A stretch of 64,000 nucleotides of DNA from Mobula hypostoma (taxonomy: Eukaryota), in NCBI RefSeq assembly GCF_963921235.1, contig NC_086097.1:174036001-174100000 (forward strand), in the 5' to 3' direction. Within the stretch, counting starts at the first letter, position 1; each line of letters opens with the position of its first letter. The position numbers were made by a program, and so were the translations under genes. Shown in pieces: positions 1 through 13,530 of the stretch. The notes beneath the pieces are model-generated. The model searched no databases and was not told the DNA's origin. It saw nothing but the letters and a program-made list of their open reading frames with translations.

Positions 1-2474
1 TGCAGTCAAAGCACGTATGTTAAGTCCTAACATCGCTTTCCACACCGACTACCCTTTCAGGTCCAACACGATTACAAAATGAATTCAATGAAATAATGAG
101 ACTACTCTGCATTCAGAATAATCGATTATCCTGATATTTCGCACAACGGTCTTGCTAAAAGCCTGCAGCATTGCCACTCCGAAGAAAAAATACTAAAGCC
201 TATTTTTCATAATAGTTTGCAATCACTCTTACTAAAACGCTAGATGTATAAGCACACAACTGGTTTTAAAACGGTCCTAACTTAAAAACAGCGTGGACTT
301 TGGGGGTGGGGGGGGCGGACTCTGCATTCATAGAAAAGGAACTCAGGTGATCCAAGGCAAAGACTGCAAGACGCCGCGCTGTTCACAACAAAACTCTTGG
401 ACTTAATCTGAGGACTAAAATAAAATAAACTAGAAAAGAAATGAAATGTTGCTTGCCGGTCCAAATATAGGTGTAAAATAGCCACTTTAAATTCAAAACT
501 AAACCTTTCAGTTCTAGGATAGATTTGGGAGAAACTAGCTTAGACAGGGAGGACATGAAAAAATACTTTTCCTTCTGAACATATTGTCCACAAACCAAGC
601 GTCCGTTGGTGAAAGCGTCTTTCCGAACAACACATACAAGCAAGTTTCGGAACGAGGGTCGGTGCCAACCACCACAGCCAGTTCCACTGGAAGGATAAAA
701 GAACCAACGTCAGTATCCTCACCCAGGGCCAATGTCCCCAGCGTCCGAAAGATAAAAATTATCATATCATTGTCTGAGAATGCATCTTCGCGTCGCTCCA
801 AAACTCCGCTTGCGCCGCTGCGCAACACAGTTTTCCAATGCAACAGGTGTTCCCTAACCACCTGTGGACTTAAACTGACATAAGCTTAAACCTATTTCAT
901 ATATCACCCTCTGACTATTTGAATATATTAAGTATTTAACTGGAGAACGCGAGTCATCAAATAGTTAACGCAACGTTATTAAAGTATTGTATACTCTGTA
1001 ATTTAAACAGAGAACACTACTGTTTTGATTGTACGATAGGAAGTGATTTATGGACAACTTGAACGCTCCAGTGTACAAAGAATCTTTTTGCTCTCCTCAA
1101 TTCAAACCAATTATGGTATCGTGTCGCCAAAGCCGAATATATTTACATTATAACTTTTTGCAAGAGGTTGTCCCTTAGAGAAAGTTGGTTGTTTTCCATT
1201 CACTCCTTTCATGCGAAGCCATCTCAGCATAATTATTCCCAACAGTCCTAGTGCTTATATGAAGTATAGAAACCTAACTTATTTGGTTGTCATTGCAAAG
1301 ATCCGATGTATATGAGCACAGAAAGAAAAGAAAATGAGGAAAGAAAGCGAAGAGATGGCTCGTATGAATGTTAAACAGAATGGAACAAGGCCGTTTCCTT
1401 GTGATGTAAAAGATATAAAAAATCAAGCTAAAATCTTTTAGTTTTCTATATTTTAATTATGATTGACCATCTATTTAAATAAGTAATATTGGTAATATTA
1501 AACCAACCGATCCCTGAATTAAAATGCACATTATATCAAATTGGGCGCTTGTAACTCAAACCACAAGCAGCCCGGGACGCGTTATACTTGAATAACAGTT
1601 TTAAACTTTGATTTGCAAACATTATAATCAAACGAGAGTTTGTACTCCAGTTAAAAGTTAATCACAAAGCCACGAACTATCGCAAAGCCTCACAAACAGA
1701 AAATACTAATTTGGCATTGAAGAGGGATATAATGAATATTGTTTATCTTGGAGATGGAACAATGAATTTGGGAGCTGTTTGTCCAGGTGTTCACGTTTGT
1801 GATTTTTTTCAATGATCTTCGGCCTACAATAGTAAAACTAAGATTTTAAATAAAGCTTCTTTCATTAACCCCAGAATAAAGGTTGGACTGTCAGTGTAAA
1901 TTGCACTCTCCCACGTTATTAAATAGGCCAGTGAAACATTTGTGAATAACGTTAACAGGACAGCTGAAATAAATTTGCATCGCCACAGTTTCCAGTGTAT
2001 TCAATGTCTTGCCGAATAACCGAGTAGGCATTTAAACCTTGTGTTGTGAGTGGTTGTTAGAAAAGCCTACTGTCTCTCAGTCGCTGATATCTGGAATTAG
2101 CATGTACTCTCGATGTTATATAGGTTTGAACCCAATGGAAGATTTGTGAAAGAAATACTTTCTTTAAAAAAAAGTGCGCAGGCTCAAATGCCTATTAAAG
2201 AAACACATCTTCAAATTACCAGTGAAAGCGTTTTTTTACATAGTCACGCCACCAAGACTGGAATCCGGAATAAGACATTTTTTTTTAAATCACCATAATT
2301 ACGTAGACAAATACATCCCGGCCCAATAGAAAGTCTTGGGAAAGAGATGAAATGCGTTATTATTCCACAGTTCATTTGCAAACCTCAAAATTAGCGCCCT
2401 CCTCTCGCTTTAATCGCCTTATTTAAGAATACTGCATGAATTTTAATTTGCATTTTAGGTAGGCGTTGTTTTGT

Positions 2475-2781
2475 TTTATTTTTACAACATCCAACTGAAA
2501 GAAAAAAAACAAAAATAAAAGATAAAATGGGTTTATTTTTATTATTCACATGCTTCCATTTTTCTCATTTGCTGATTGGAAATATAAGTAAAAAACATTT
2601 TATGTACACATTTTGAACGCTCTATTTCGAACAGTAATATGTATCAAACAACTGAATTACATGAGTGCGGTTATTGTCTGTACTTTTTTTTGTTTTGGTT
2701 ATTTGTTTATTAATTCATTTATTTTATACAAGTATTCACAGCAAATTCAAGTAACGCGGAGTGGCTTGGCTGACGATTCGC
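2475..2781 (-). promoter_or_regulatory. OSR2: OSR2 AU-rich 3' UTR with candidate polyadenylation signals and a Pumilio-type element
   Basis: Minus-strand AATAAA at 2718-2723, 2706-2711, 2538-2543, 2532-2537 and 2475-2480; TGTACATA at 2601-2608. The used cleavage site cannot be determined. Confidence 0.6.
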
Positions 2782-4880
<2,099 letters not shown>

Positions 4881-4940
4881 CTCGGCGGAATGGTAAACAC
4901 TTGGGGAGTCCACTAGATGGCCAATTCCTCCCGCCAGCGT
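4881..4940 (-). other. OSR2: 5' UTR part of the OSR2 ATG-containing exon
   Basis: Strong acceptor tttccctttctgttctttctag|A with exon start at 4940, 60 nt upstream of the ATG, implying an upstream non-coding exon. Confidence 0.8.
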
Positions 4941-7359
4941 CTAGAAAGAACAGAAAGGGAAATAATTCAGTCGTTGAGCGAACTGAGCCGAGGGACCGTA
5001 AGCCAGATAAAGTTCAATTCAAGTAGAAAACATTTTGAACTCTCGGAGTTCGTATTTCGTGTATCTTTTTTCCCGCAGTGGTTCAGTGATCTTGGCCTGA
5101 GAACCACAAGAATGACGATAGTCCTTTTCGTTCTCTGTATATACAATGCAAATGAATGGGAAATAATATGAAATATTCACATATCTGGAACTACTCGCAC
5201 TCCTCCCTGGAATACATTTTAGCAAGGTTGTGCTGCACAGAAGGCCTTGGCGGTATATGGGTTACACTTTGGATTAGAGCGTAGTGTAACTCCCTGAGCA
5301 TCTAATGGTTTCGCTTTACTTCATGACTTGCAAGTCTACATAAATAAATTACTTTGCAGATGGCAATGTATTACATTCTCTGCGCAGTCCTCACGCAGTT
5401 TTTTTTACAATAAGGATGAGATCTAATGCCATAGTCACTTTAACTTTACGAGGTGACAGCAGCGGTCGGTAAACACCCTACCAGCATAAATAAAATCGAA
5501 CACTTCGAAACCCAGGAAGGTAAATAAAAGTCACCACCACCTTGGATGCCGATGAGGGGCAGATTCGCGGGGACTGTGAATACGCTCAGTTCTTCCCCTG
5601 TTACAGTGACCCTCTGAAAACGCCAGCTATATGTCGAAGGGATTACTTCTCACACATAGCCACTCACACTCTCGTCCCTTTCATGGCAGCTTTGATGTTA
5701 TGCGGGCTCTTGTTGTTTTCTGTAAATGCACTTTTGTCACCCCTTCTATCCCACCACCACGGCTAGCGAGAGAATGTAAACGGTGCAAACACGCAATGTC
5801 ACTGCGGAGACAGGACCCCGGGCGGTGGAATCGAACTGTCGGGATTCGAACAGACTGTTTATTTTTCTTCCTTCAAGAACAACTCGTTCATCAAGATAAT
5901 TGAAGGGGGGGTGGGTGGGGAAAGCAACACTTTAGCAAATGCCTCGTGCGCTAAGCAAACCCACTTCTCAGCACTGGTTACCTGCAGAGTGAAACATGTT
6001 TATTTTATCGTAAGAGAATACCTAGCCTTCAGGAACTTAATTTGAAAATGTTCATATACGTTTGATATTCATTAAAATCACTGAACATTAATTGGTTCTG
6101 ATCCATTTTGTGATCTGTTGCATTATCAGGGCGAGAATTTAAATGATTAAGCATTTCAAACAGGAAGGATTCTGTGAAACAGCCATCACTCTGCAGTAGA
6201 GGTTCATGTTTTAGTGACGATATTCGTTCTGTTATTTTATTCAGCGGAACAGGAAGGTTCTAAATCTGTTCCCATATGATATTTAAGGGAAAGACTGAAG
6301 AATTTATATACGTGCTCAGTTAAAATGAAATTTCTGGTACAAACGCAGTTAAACGTTGAAACTGCAAATCCACGCTGTCCCACTTACGCTGTTACGCTTT
6401 TTAAAAATATTAAACAGTTATGACAATTCTCCCAGAGTAGATTCAACTGTTTGCAAATGTGGGGACCTGTGCTCAGACAGTCGCATCAAAAATTTTAAAA
6501 AACACACCGTTTTGACAAGTTTTATTACATGAAGCAGGACGCCTCAGGAGGAAAAAGTGACTTGTTTTGTTATTTAAACTCGTATTTTGGCTGTGATATA
6601 AATCTGCCCTTTTAGTGAACGCTGGGTGTTCAGTTTGAGCTCAGACCGAATACCTCTGCAGTGACCTGAAAGGACCGAGCCGATTATATTGACCTGTCAA
6701 CTTTCGCGTTACAGATGACCCTGAATCTTACATATTGCCAAATAGCGAGTAAGGGGTGAATTGTTTGCTGCCTCATCCCTTTCCCTTAACTGCGCTTATC
6801 AACTTCAACGCAACAAACACTTTATCAGCCGACCACTAGTCGATTTGTCTTATGGAGATCAAATCAGGTTTTGGGAAGGCTAATCTCATTCTTTAATTCT
6901 GTTCTGATCAGACAATTTAGGGCTCTAGAAACATGTAGATAGTAATTAGAGCAAAATTCATTTCGATATTGTGTATACCGTTTGTCACTTCAGGAGTTAC
7001 CCTATTGGCGCGATTGCTTAACTTTGATAATCATTCCCAATATGGATCCCGACATAATGGCCAGTTTGCATTTATTAAAATAATCGCAATAGCCATCACG
7101 AACACCTTTTTAAACGTTACAATGTTTATCTGAAACACGTCCCCGTGGTTAACCGGCTGGTACGTCTATTTTCCTGCTGTTCTTGTTCAATAGTTTAGCC
7201 GCAATGTTATCTCCTGGAAGTGAAGGGTTGTGCAGTGTGATGGGGTGATTTAAGTCAACGGGCTCGCCCCATAGTGACATCTCTTGTCAGTCTCTCAGAT
7301 AGTGAGGTCCACATGTGCGGGGAACTATGTTGTCGGCCGATATATGGCGGGAAGGAATC

Positions 7360-7580
7360 TGTGTATTTGTATGTTTGCATGTGCGTCTTTTAGTGACTGC
7401 GTATGTCGGCGTGTAAAGTGTATGGTGTTTGTGTGTGGGTTTATGTTTGTCTGTTTCGCTGGAGTGGTATTTGTCGGTGTCTGTTTATCAGTCGTCATGT
7501 GTATGTTGTGCAGCTACGTGGTGTATATGCATGTTTGTGTCTATGTGCGTTAATCGGTGCTTCTGTGAGTGTGCGAATGA
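7360..7580. repeat. Degenerate TG-rich low-complexity tract
   Basis: Eroded (TG)n-like composition producing V/C-rich spurious ORFs. Confidence 0.7.
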
Positions 7581-8274
7581 GTGGGACCTGTGGCACTTTC
7601 ACTTTACACAACGAAAAAACTATATTTAAAAAGCCTGTTTAAGGACGTCGCCTGGAAGATTCTCACACAACCCCGGGCTTTCACACGCCTGCAGTTCACA
7701 GCTGTCATGGCACCTAGCAAGAAACCTATACATCCCCGAAGACGCAGGCTTTTCGCTTATGCACTGACCTTCACCATAATTGCCTTAGCAGCTATCAACT
7801 TGCTTCAAATTCCACTAAACGCCAGTTTTTAACTCGTTCACAAAGCATGTCCATTAAACTCATGTGTGGGAGAGCTTCACATAATTTTTAAAAAATGGTT
7901 CCGGGCTTCTGTACGCGAAGGCCAGAGCGATCTAACTAACGTAAACACCCCGACAGTACATCGTGCAAAAACAATTAAAGTAAATCAGAGTTTTGTTCAG
8001 TCTCTCACAACGTGCGCGTTTGCAGTTCGACCTTTGAAATTACTGTGCAGGATATTATACACTATGCGGTGCCAGGTTCGTATCTCGACAATATTGGCTA
8101 GGTCACTGACGAGAAACAACAGGCAGCGCTAATTTATTTTACTTTCTGTTTTATTAAAGTATTTCCATTTTAATGTGAACCGCATGACTAAGTGCGCTAT
8201 GCAATATCTGCTTATTAATGTTTTATATATGTATATAACATCAATAAGGATATATACCTGTTTATAAAGCATTA

Positions 8275-8275
<1 letters not shown>

Positions 8276-8322
<47 letters not shown>
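8276..8322. repeat. (TG)n microsatellite
   Basis: Direct reading. Confidence 0.95.
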
Positions 8323-10046
8323 TGACAAAATAATTTATTCCAGCCGGGTTTGTTAATTATTGGATGAGCAAAAGAAGTAAAAGGAACAGAGAAGTAATAC
8401 AGCGCCGTTCTTCCGTTACTGGAGTAAATGTCTCATTTTTTTAAAACGCCCAGACGGAGAATACATTGCAGGCCGTACTCTCCAGAGTATGTTCTCTCAG
8501 GCAATGTTTTATGCTGTGGGAAATATTGTGTGTAACACAATCCCAAAAACAGCTGTAAAACAGGGAGGCAGATTCACTGTAAAGTTACATTGAGATTTCG
8601 ACCCCTGTAAGGTTGTCCCTGGTTCATGTATTGAAATCCTGTATTTCACATTCCTGTTCCTTTTTTATAGGGCGTGGAGTTGCCTTTCATACTGAACAGA
8701 ATTCCTAAAGGTAAGCACTTCCTGGGTGCTGTTCGGGCATTTTTTAAACAGAACAAGGCCGATACACATTTTGTCAAATCTGTTATAATTGAAACTTTAC
8801 AAGACATTTAACGGCACAAACTCACTATGCGCGACATATTTTATTTCCTTTTTAACCATTCCCTTTCCTCCTATTTTACCACCCCATCTAGTTGTCTAAA
8901 AGCCAGGACCAGTGACTGATCACATTGATTACCTACCACTCCATAAGTGTTACTGTATAAAGATGCGAACTTGGAACTATACCTCACTATGATACATCGA
9001 GACACGTAAAACATAAGATATAGATTAACAGCGTTTATATTTATTGTTGTAGCTAGTTTACAAAAATGACCAATATGGTTATTATTAATAATCTTTCAAT
9101 TTTATAATAAATGCCCTATAATCAAATATCATATCTGACATTCTCCACCATATTTGGAGTATTGAGGAGCTGGCTACTTTCAAATATGCGGACTATATTT
9201 TGTTTGGACTGGGGTTGTAATAATACACCAGCATGTTTTCATAATTATTATTGTACAACTTTAACTTCACGAACAAAACCTGTTACCGGAAAATGATTCT
9301 CCCCAACTTTTACGTGCAAAGTACCATGACATGCTCTTGTTACTTGGTCATCCCCCTAGTGTCTATGAGTTCCACGAAAGCCCCTCTCGAATCTATTAAA
9401 TAATACTATCCGAACTGAACACGTCAGGGGAGCGGCAAGAGTTCACCAACGCACTCCGCTGACTTTGCCGCGGGAAGCTTTTGCTCTCCTCCACAAATTC
9501 AGTTGGATTCGTCTCGAGAGCAAAGTGCCTGGAAGATGGATTCAAGAGGTGAAGGTAAGCTCACATAATGGGAGAAAATTGGGAATTTACAACATTCCAA
9601 TTGTTAAAACAATGGTAAACGCGTTCGCAGTTTGTGGTAATCCAACAGGGACCAGTGGTTGGGACTGTAAAGTATAGATACGGGCATCTTTGCGGAAAGA
9701 ACATAGGTGACAATTGGAATTCAGACAAGGGAGGAATTGTTATTATAAAACCTCTGAGGACTACCGCGATTGTGGAAACGCTTTACAGGTGCGGCGTCAA
9801 TTTTGATCAATGGTTTTCTCAAGCTAACGAAGAAGAAGGTAAGAAAGACCTACACGCTGAGTTTGGAGTACTCAGCGATGCCCAGAGATAGAACAGGATT
9901 GTCAGGACTGGTGTTTATACACACACACAAAGACCATTTTCTTTGGGAGAGCCTCAATTCAGCGTGATAGCGGCGAATGACCAATGAAATGAACCGAGGC
10001 TTCCTCGTTTCCTACAGTTCTTGGCTAACACTTGTCGATTGACAGA

Positions 10047-10186
<140 letters not shown>

Positions 10187-10592
10187 AAAACCCCGCGCCC
10201 GCTACCACTGTGTTGCACAGCTGTACGCAGCTTTCAGGAGGATTGGCTACTTCAGAATGAATCGCCGTCGTACAGAGTGCTCGGTCCCAGTCCACTGTTA
10301 GTTTCGGCGCTGATCAATCCTTGGCCTCAACGAGAAAAACGAAAGAGCAAAGCCTTCGATTCAAATCTTTGCTTTATGTACGCGCTGGCACACATTTAAT
10401 ACACACACACAGAGCCTGCGCATAGCCCAACACCAGTTTGGAACTTTGCAACTGAAGTTTTCAACCTGAATAAATACCTTGCGTAAAGCACCGTTTAACA
10501 CTTCGAGAAAATCCAACATATTGCACGGAATTCCAGGTGACTACCTTCACTTTTCATGATGGACTAGTTCACACACGTATCAAAACCCTTAC

Positions 10593-11050
10593 CGGTAACG
10601 GGGGATCCCAAACTATGCAACAATTCCAGCGATGAGCAAAAGTAACTTCTTAAATAAATACTGTTTAATCCAGAACGTCAAGAGTGAATCATCCAGGCGA
10701 ATTAGGAAAAGCTTTTCAACTTGTCCCTGGTAGCTGACGGCATGCTCCGCCAGGGAAGGTCTGTTTTACAGGGGCAGTGGGTGTTGGAAGGTTTCAAGAG
10801 CCGTGTTGCAGGCTGCGACCGAGGCTGATGGTGAGTCTTTTCTCTCTTCCTCTCGATTTCTCTCTGAACTCAGTCTCCAGGCTCCATCACATTTCACTGC
10901 AGCCCAGGGCGGGCAGCGCGCTTGCGCACAGCCGGGGGGATGATTAACTCCAGCAGTGACTATTGACATGGGTTCAATGTCTCAGTAATGTGTTTACTTC
11001 TGTTTGGGTAGCAACACGTCCTTAAAGGGACGGCAGTCTTTTTTAAAACA
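10593..11050 (-). promoter_or_regulatory. OSR2: Candidate OSR2 promoter and non-coding exon 1
   Basis: Minus-strand donor CCG|GTAAGG (GT at 10592-10591) below a GC/CpG-rich block (10900-10940, GGGCGG box) and a forkhead-type AAGTAAACA motif near 10991-10999; TSS not defined. Confidence 0.45.
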
Positions 11051-13369
11051 TGATTTGTCTACGATGTCAAAACTTAGGGCGGGCGACGAGAGGTGTGTGT
11101 GTGTGGGGGGGGGGCGCTCACTTAATGTTAGTGAAACGAGGAGGGAGGGGGTAGGTAACACCGCGTGCCGAAAAAATCCGACCGAAGCAATAGAGGTGGT
11201 TAAGAATTTAACTAAAAAACTTGCATGGAGGAAATTGAAAACAACAATAGTCTAGTTCGAGGAAACTTGCTGAATAAAAAGCGGGTTTGGACTTTTGAAA
11301 GTTTTTTATGTATAAAATTGCTAACCTGACAGACTGAAAAGCGGATTCACACGGCAATTACTTCACAGATTATTTCAGAAACAAGCAAAGCACCTACGGA
11401 TCTCTATCCAGCAAACGCAAACATTCCCTCTTTGTAAATGGTATTTTTTTATATATGAAAAGGGACATCAGCTTGCCCGTAACAATCTGGGCAAAATTTC
11501 AATCTTCTTCACTCACCAACGGAACGCTCGGGTTTGGATGGACAATTAACTTTTATGCATCGTCTAATTTTACCTACTTTCCATATCACCGCATTCATTT
11601 GTTGTGCTTCACATGCGTTGGCGTTTGTTTGGCTCTTTAAGAGGGGAGGGGTTGATTTCAATTATTGCATTATGACTGTAGCTTAATTTAAAACAAAACT
11701 GCTGAGTTTTTTGTTAATATCCTTAAAGATATGAAAGCTTATTGGCTTCGTTAAAGAATTTACATGCTTTCGCAAACAATGAATTGATAGTAAATGCTAA
11801 CAAATTAATCTTTTAAAATAGTTATTATTAATCACTGTAATCATTTGGATTACGCTGCATTGTATTATAAAATATTGAAATACTTTTTATATATTCCGAT
11901 AATTCTATATATCCTTAGAAGAATTCCCAGGGTTATACAAAAAGTTACTTTAATATTTTATGGAAGTGGTCCATTTTACCATTGCCTCTTGTAATTTTCA
12001 CCCAAAATGCTTACCTGAAGACCCGGTAGCTCAGACGGACACAACAAAAGCATCACCGTGACTGGGAGTCCGTAACTCCCTTCTCGTATTTAATAGAAAC
12101 GGATTGTTTTATTTAAAGGAATTAAACCCAAATATTGCTCAGCGTCTGGTATTGGTAGAATAACAAGGTTTGAGTTATTTTTAAGGAAAGTAAAATATAC
12201 TAATGACCTTAAAATAATCCGTTGTATATGCAGCTGTGCGGCTACTTCGGAAATAGACGTGCTTAACATGACACTGCTGAAACTGACCCGTTCAGAATGA
12301 AATCCCAAAAATTCAAAAACGTCTTATTTCCCCTCTTATCCCCACCCCCACCTTCAGATGACCCCTCGTTTCCCAAAAGCACTGTCGATTCAATTATGGC
12401 CGTGGGTTTAATCACCGGCATAATATTTTCTGGTAGTCCTAACCTTTACCAATCACGGCTTCTACGTTAGAACGCCGCTGTTTGCTTGAAATTTTGCGTT
12501 GTATTAGTATAACCTGAATCAAATCCGTCTTATTTTTAAACACAATCCTATATGGTGACTCATAGAATATATATTTTCCCCAAGGAATTTCACGCCGCAC
12601 AGGAGAAATGTTAACTCCATCAGACTGCAGAAAACGAGTATAAGGAACTGGACATATATTTGTCAATTAGATGTTACCAAACCAAGTTTTTGGGAAGTTC
12701 CTAAGCAGTGCCAATACGCTAGCACTTGGGCTTTTTTAAAATCAGTAGTTGGGTTTTTGTAGTTATCCTGTTGGAGAAATTAGGAAGCTTGACATCAAGG
12801 GATAGAGGCTGTAAATCTGTCTGTTGCAATGCGTGTTCGTGTATCAGGAAGCGGAACTGTATTACGTGGGCACATATCTTTTATACACTAGAAGTACAGT
12901 ATCCACCTAAAACGCACGTCAATCTTACGGCGAAGAAACCCCGCGTGTTATTTTTAGTTCAATTTCCTCCAAGATGTCAGCGAATTTCCTGGTAACCAGG
13001 TAGCAAAGAAATGAATGTCACTTTATGCACCATTTTCCTCTCAGTTACAGTCTTGGCGAATTAGACACTTACGCCGGAAGAAGTGAAGATATTGCAAGTG
13101 ACAATGCGCACAATTTTAGTGCGACTTTTTGATCCAAAATCAAGATATCTCTGATGAAGAAGACGTAAATATCTGTAGAATTCTACATAATTCAACAATA
13201 ATTAGGGTGCTAAATTGGGCTGATTTGCGCAAGTATTGCGCCAATTTTCCCAAAGAAATCTTTCACTCAGCTCCAGACTTGATTTAATTTACTCGAAGAA
13301 CACAATTGTAAATCAACATGTACAGCTCAAGTAGCATATCAAATTAGCATCAACCATCCATGGTCACTT

Positions 13370-13530
13370 TGCCGCTGGGTCAAAAACCTCGAGCACCCAA
13401 CCAGATTTCTGTATGGGAGAACCTTCACCACAATAATCATAGTTCTGGGATGGTACTTGCCACTTTCTCAGGGACACCTGGGGATCGGTAATCAACGCTA
13501 ACCTCACTAGCGATCCCCAAAATCCATAAA
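13370..13530 (+). mobile_element. Highly eroded ancient LINE 3'-end relic
   Basis: ctttgccgctgggtcaaaa...tgggagaaccttcaccaca...ttctcaggg...gggatcggtaat resembles, from memory, a common elasmobranch LINE 3' end; not database-verified. Confidence 0.4.

Noticed and set aside
282..883. Cluster of short ORFs at the window start
   Set aside because: No recognisable protein motifs; lengths compatible with chance.
4881..4913. N-terminal extension [11 protein letters not shown] in the ORF track
   Set aside because: Begins at a GTG; the conserved OSR2 start MGSK at 4880 has a good Kozak context.
7284..7642. Hydrophobic V/C-rich ORFs
   Set aside because: Products of TG-rich low-complexity DNA.
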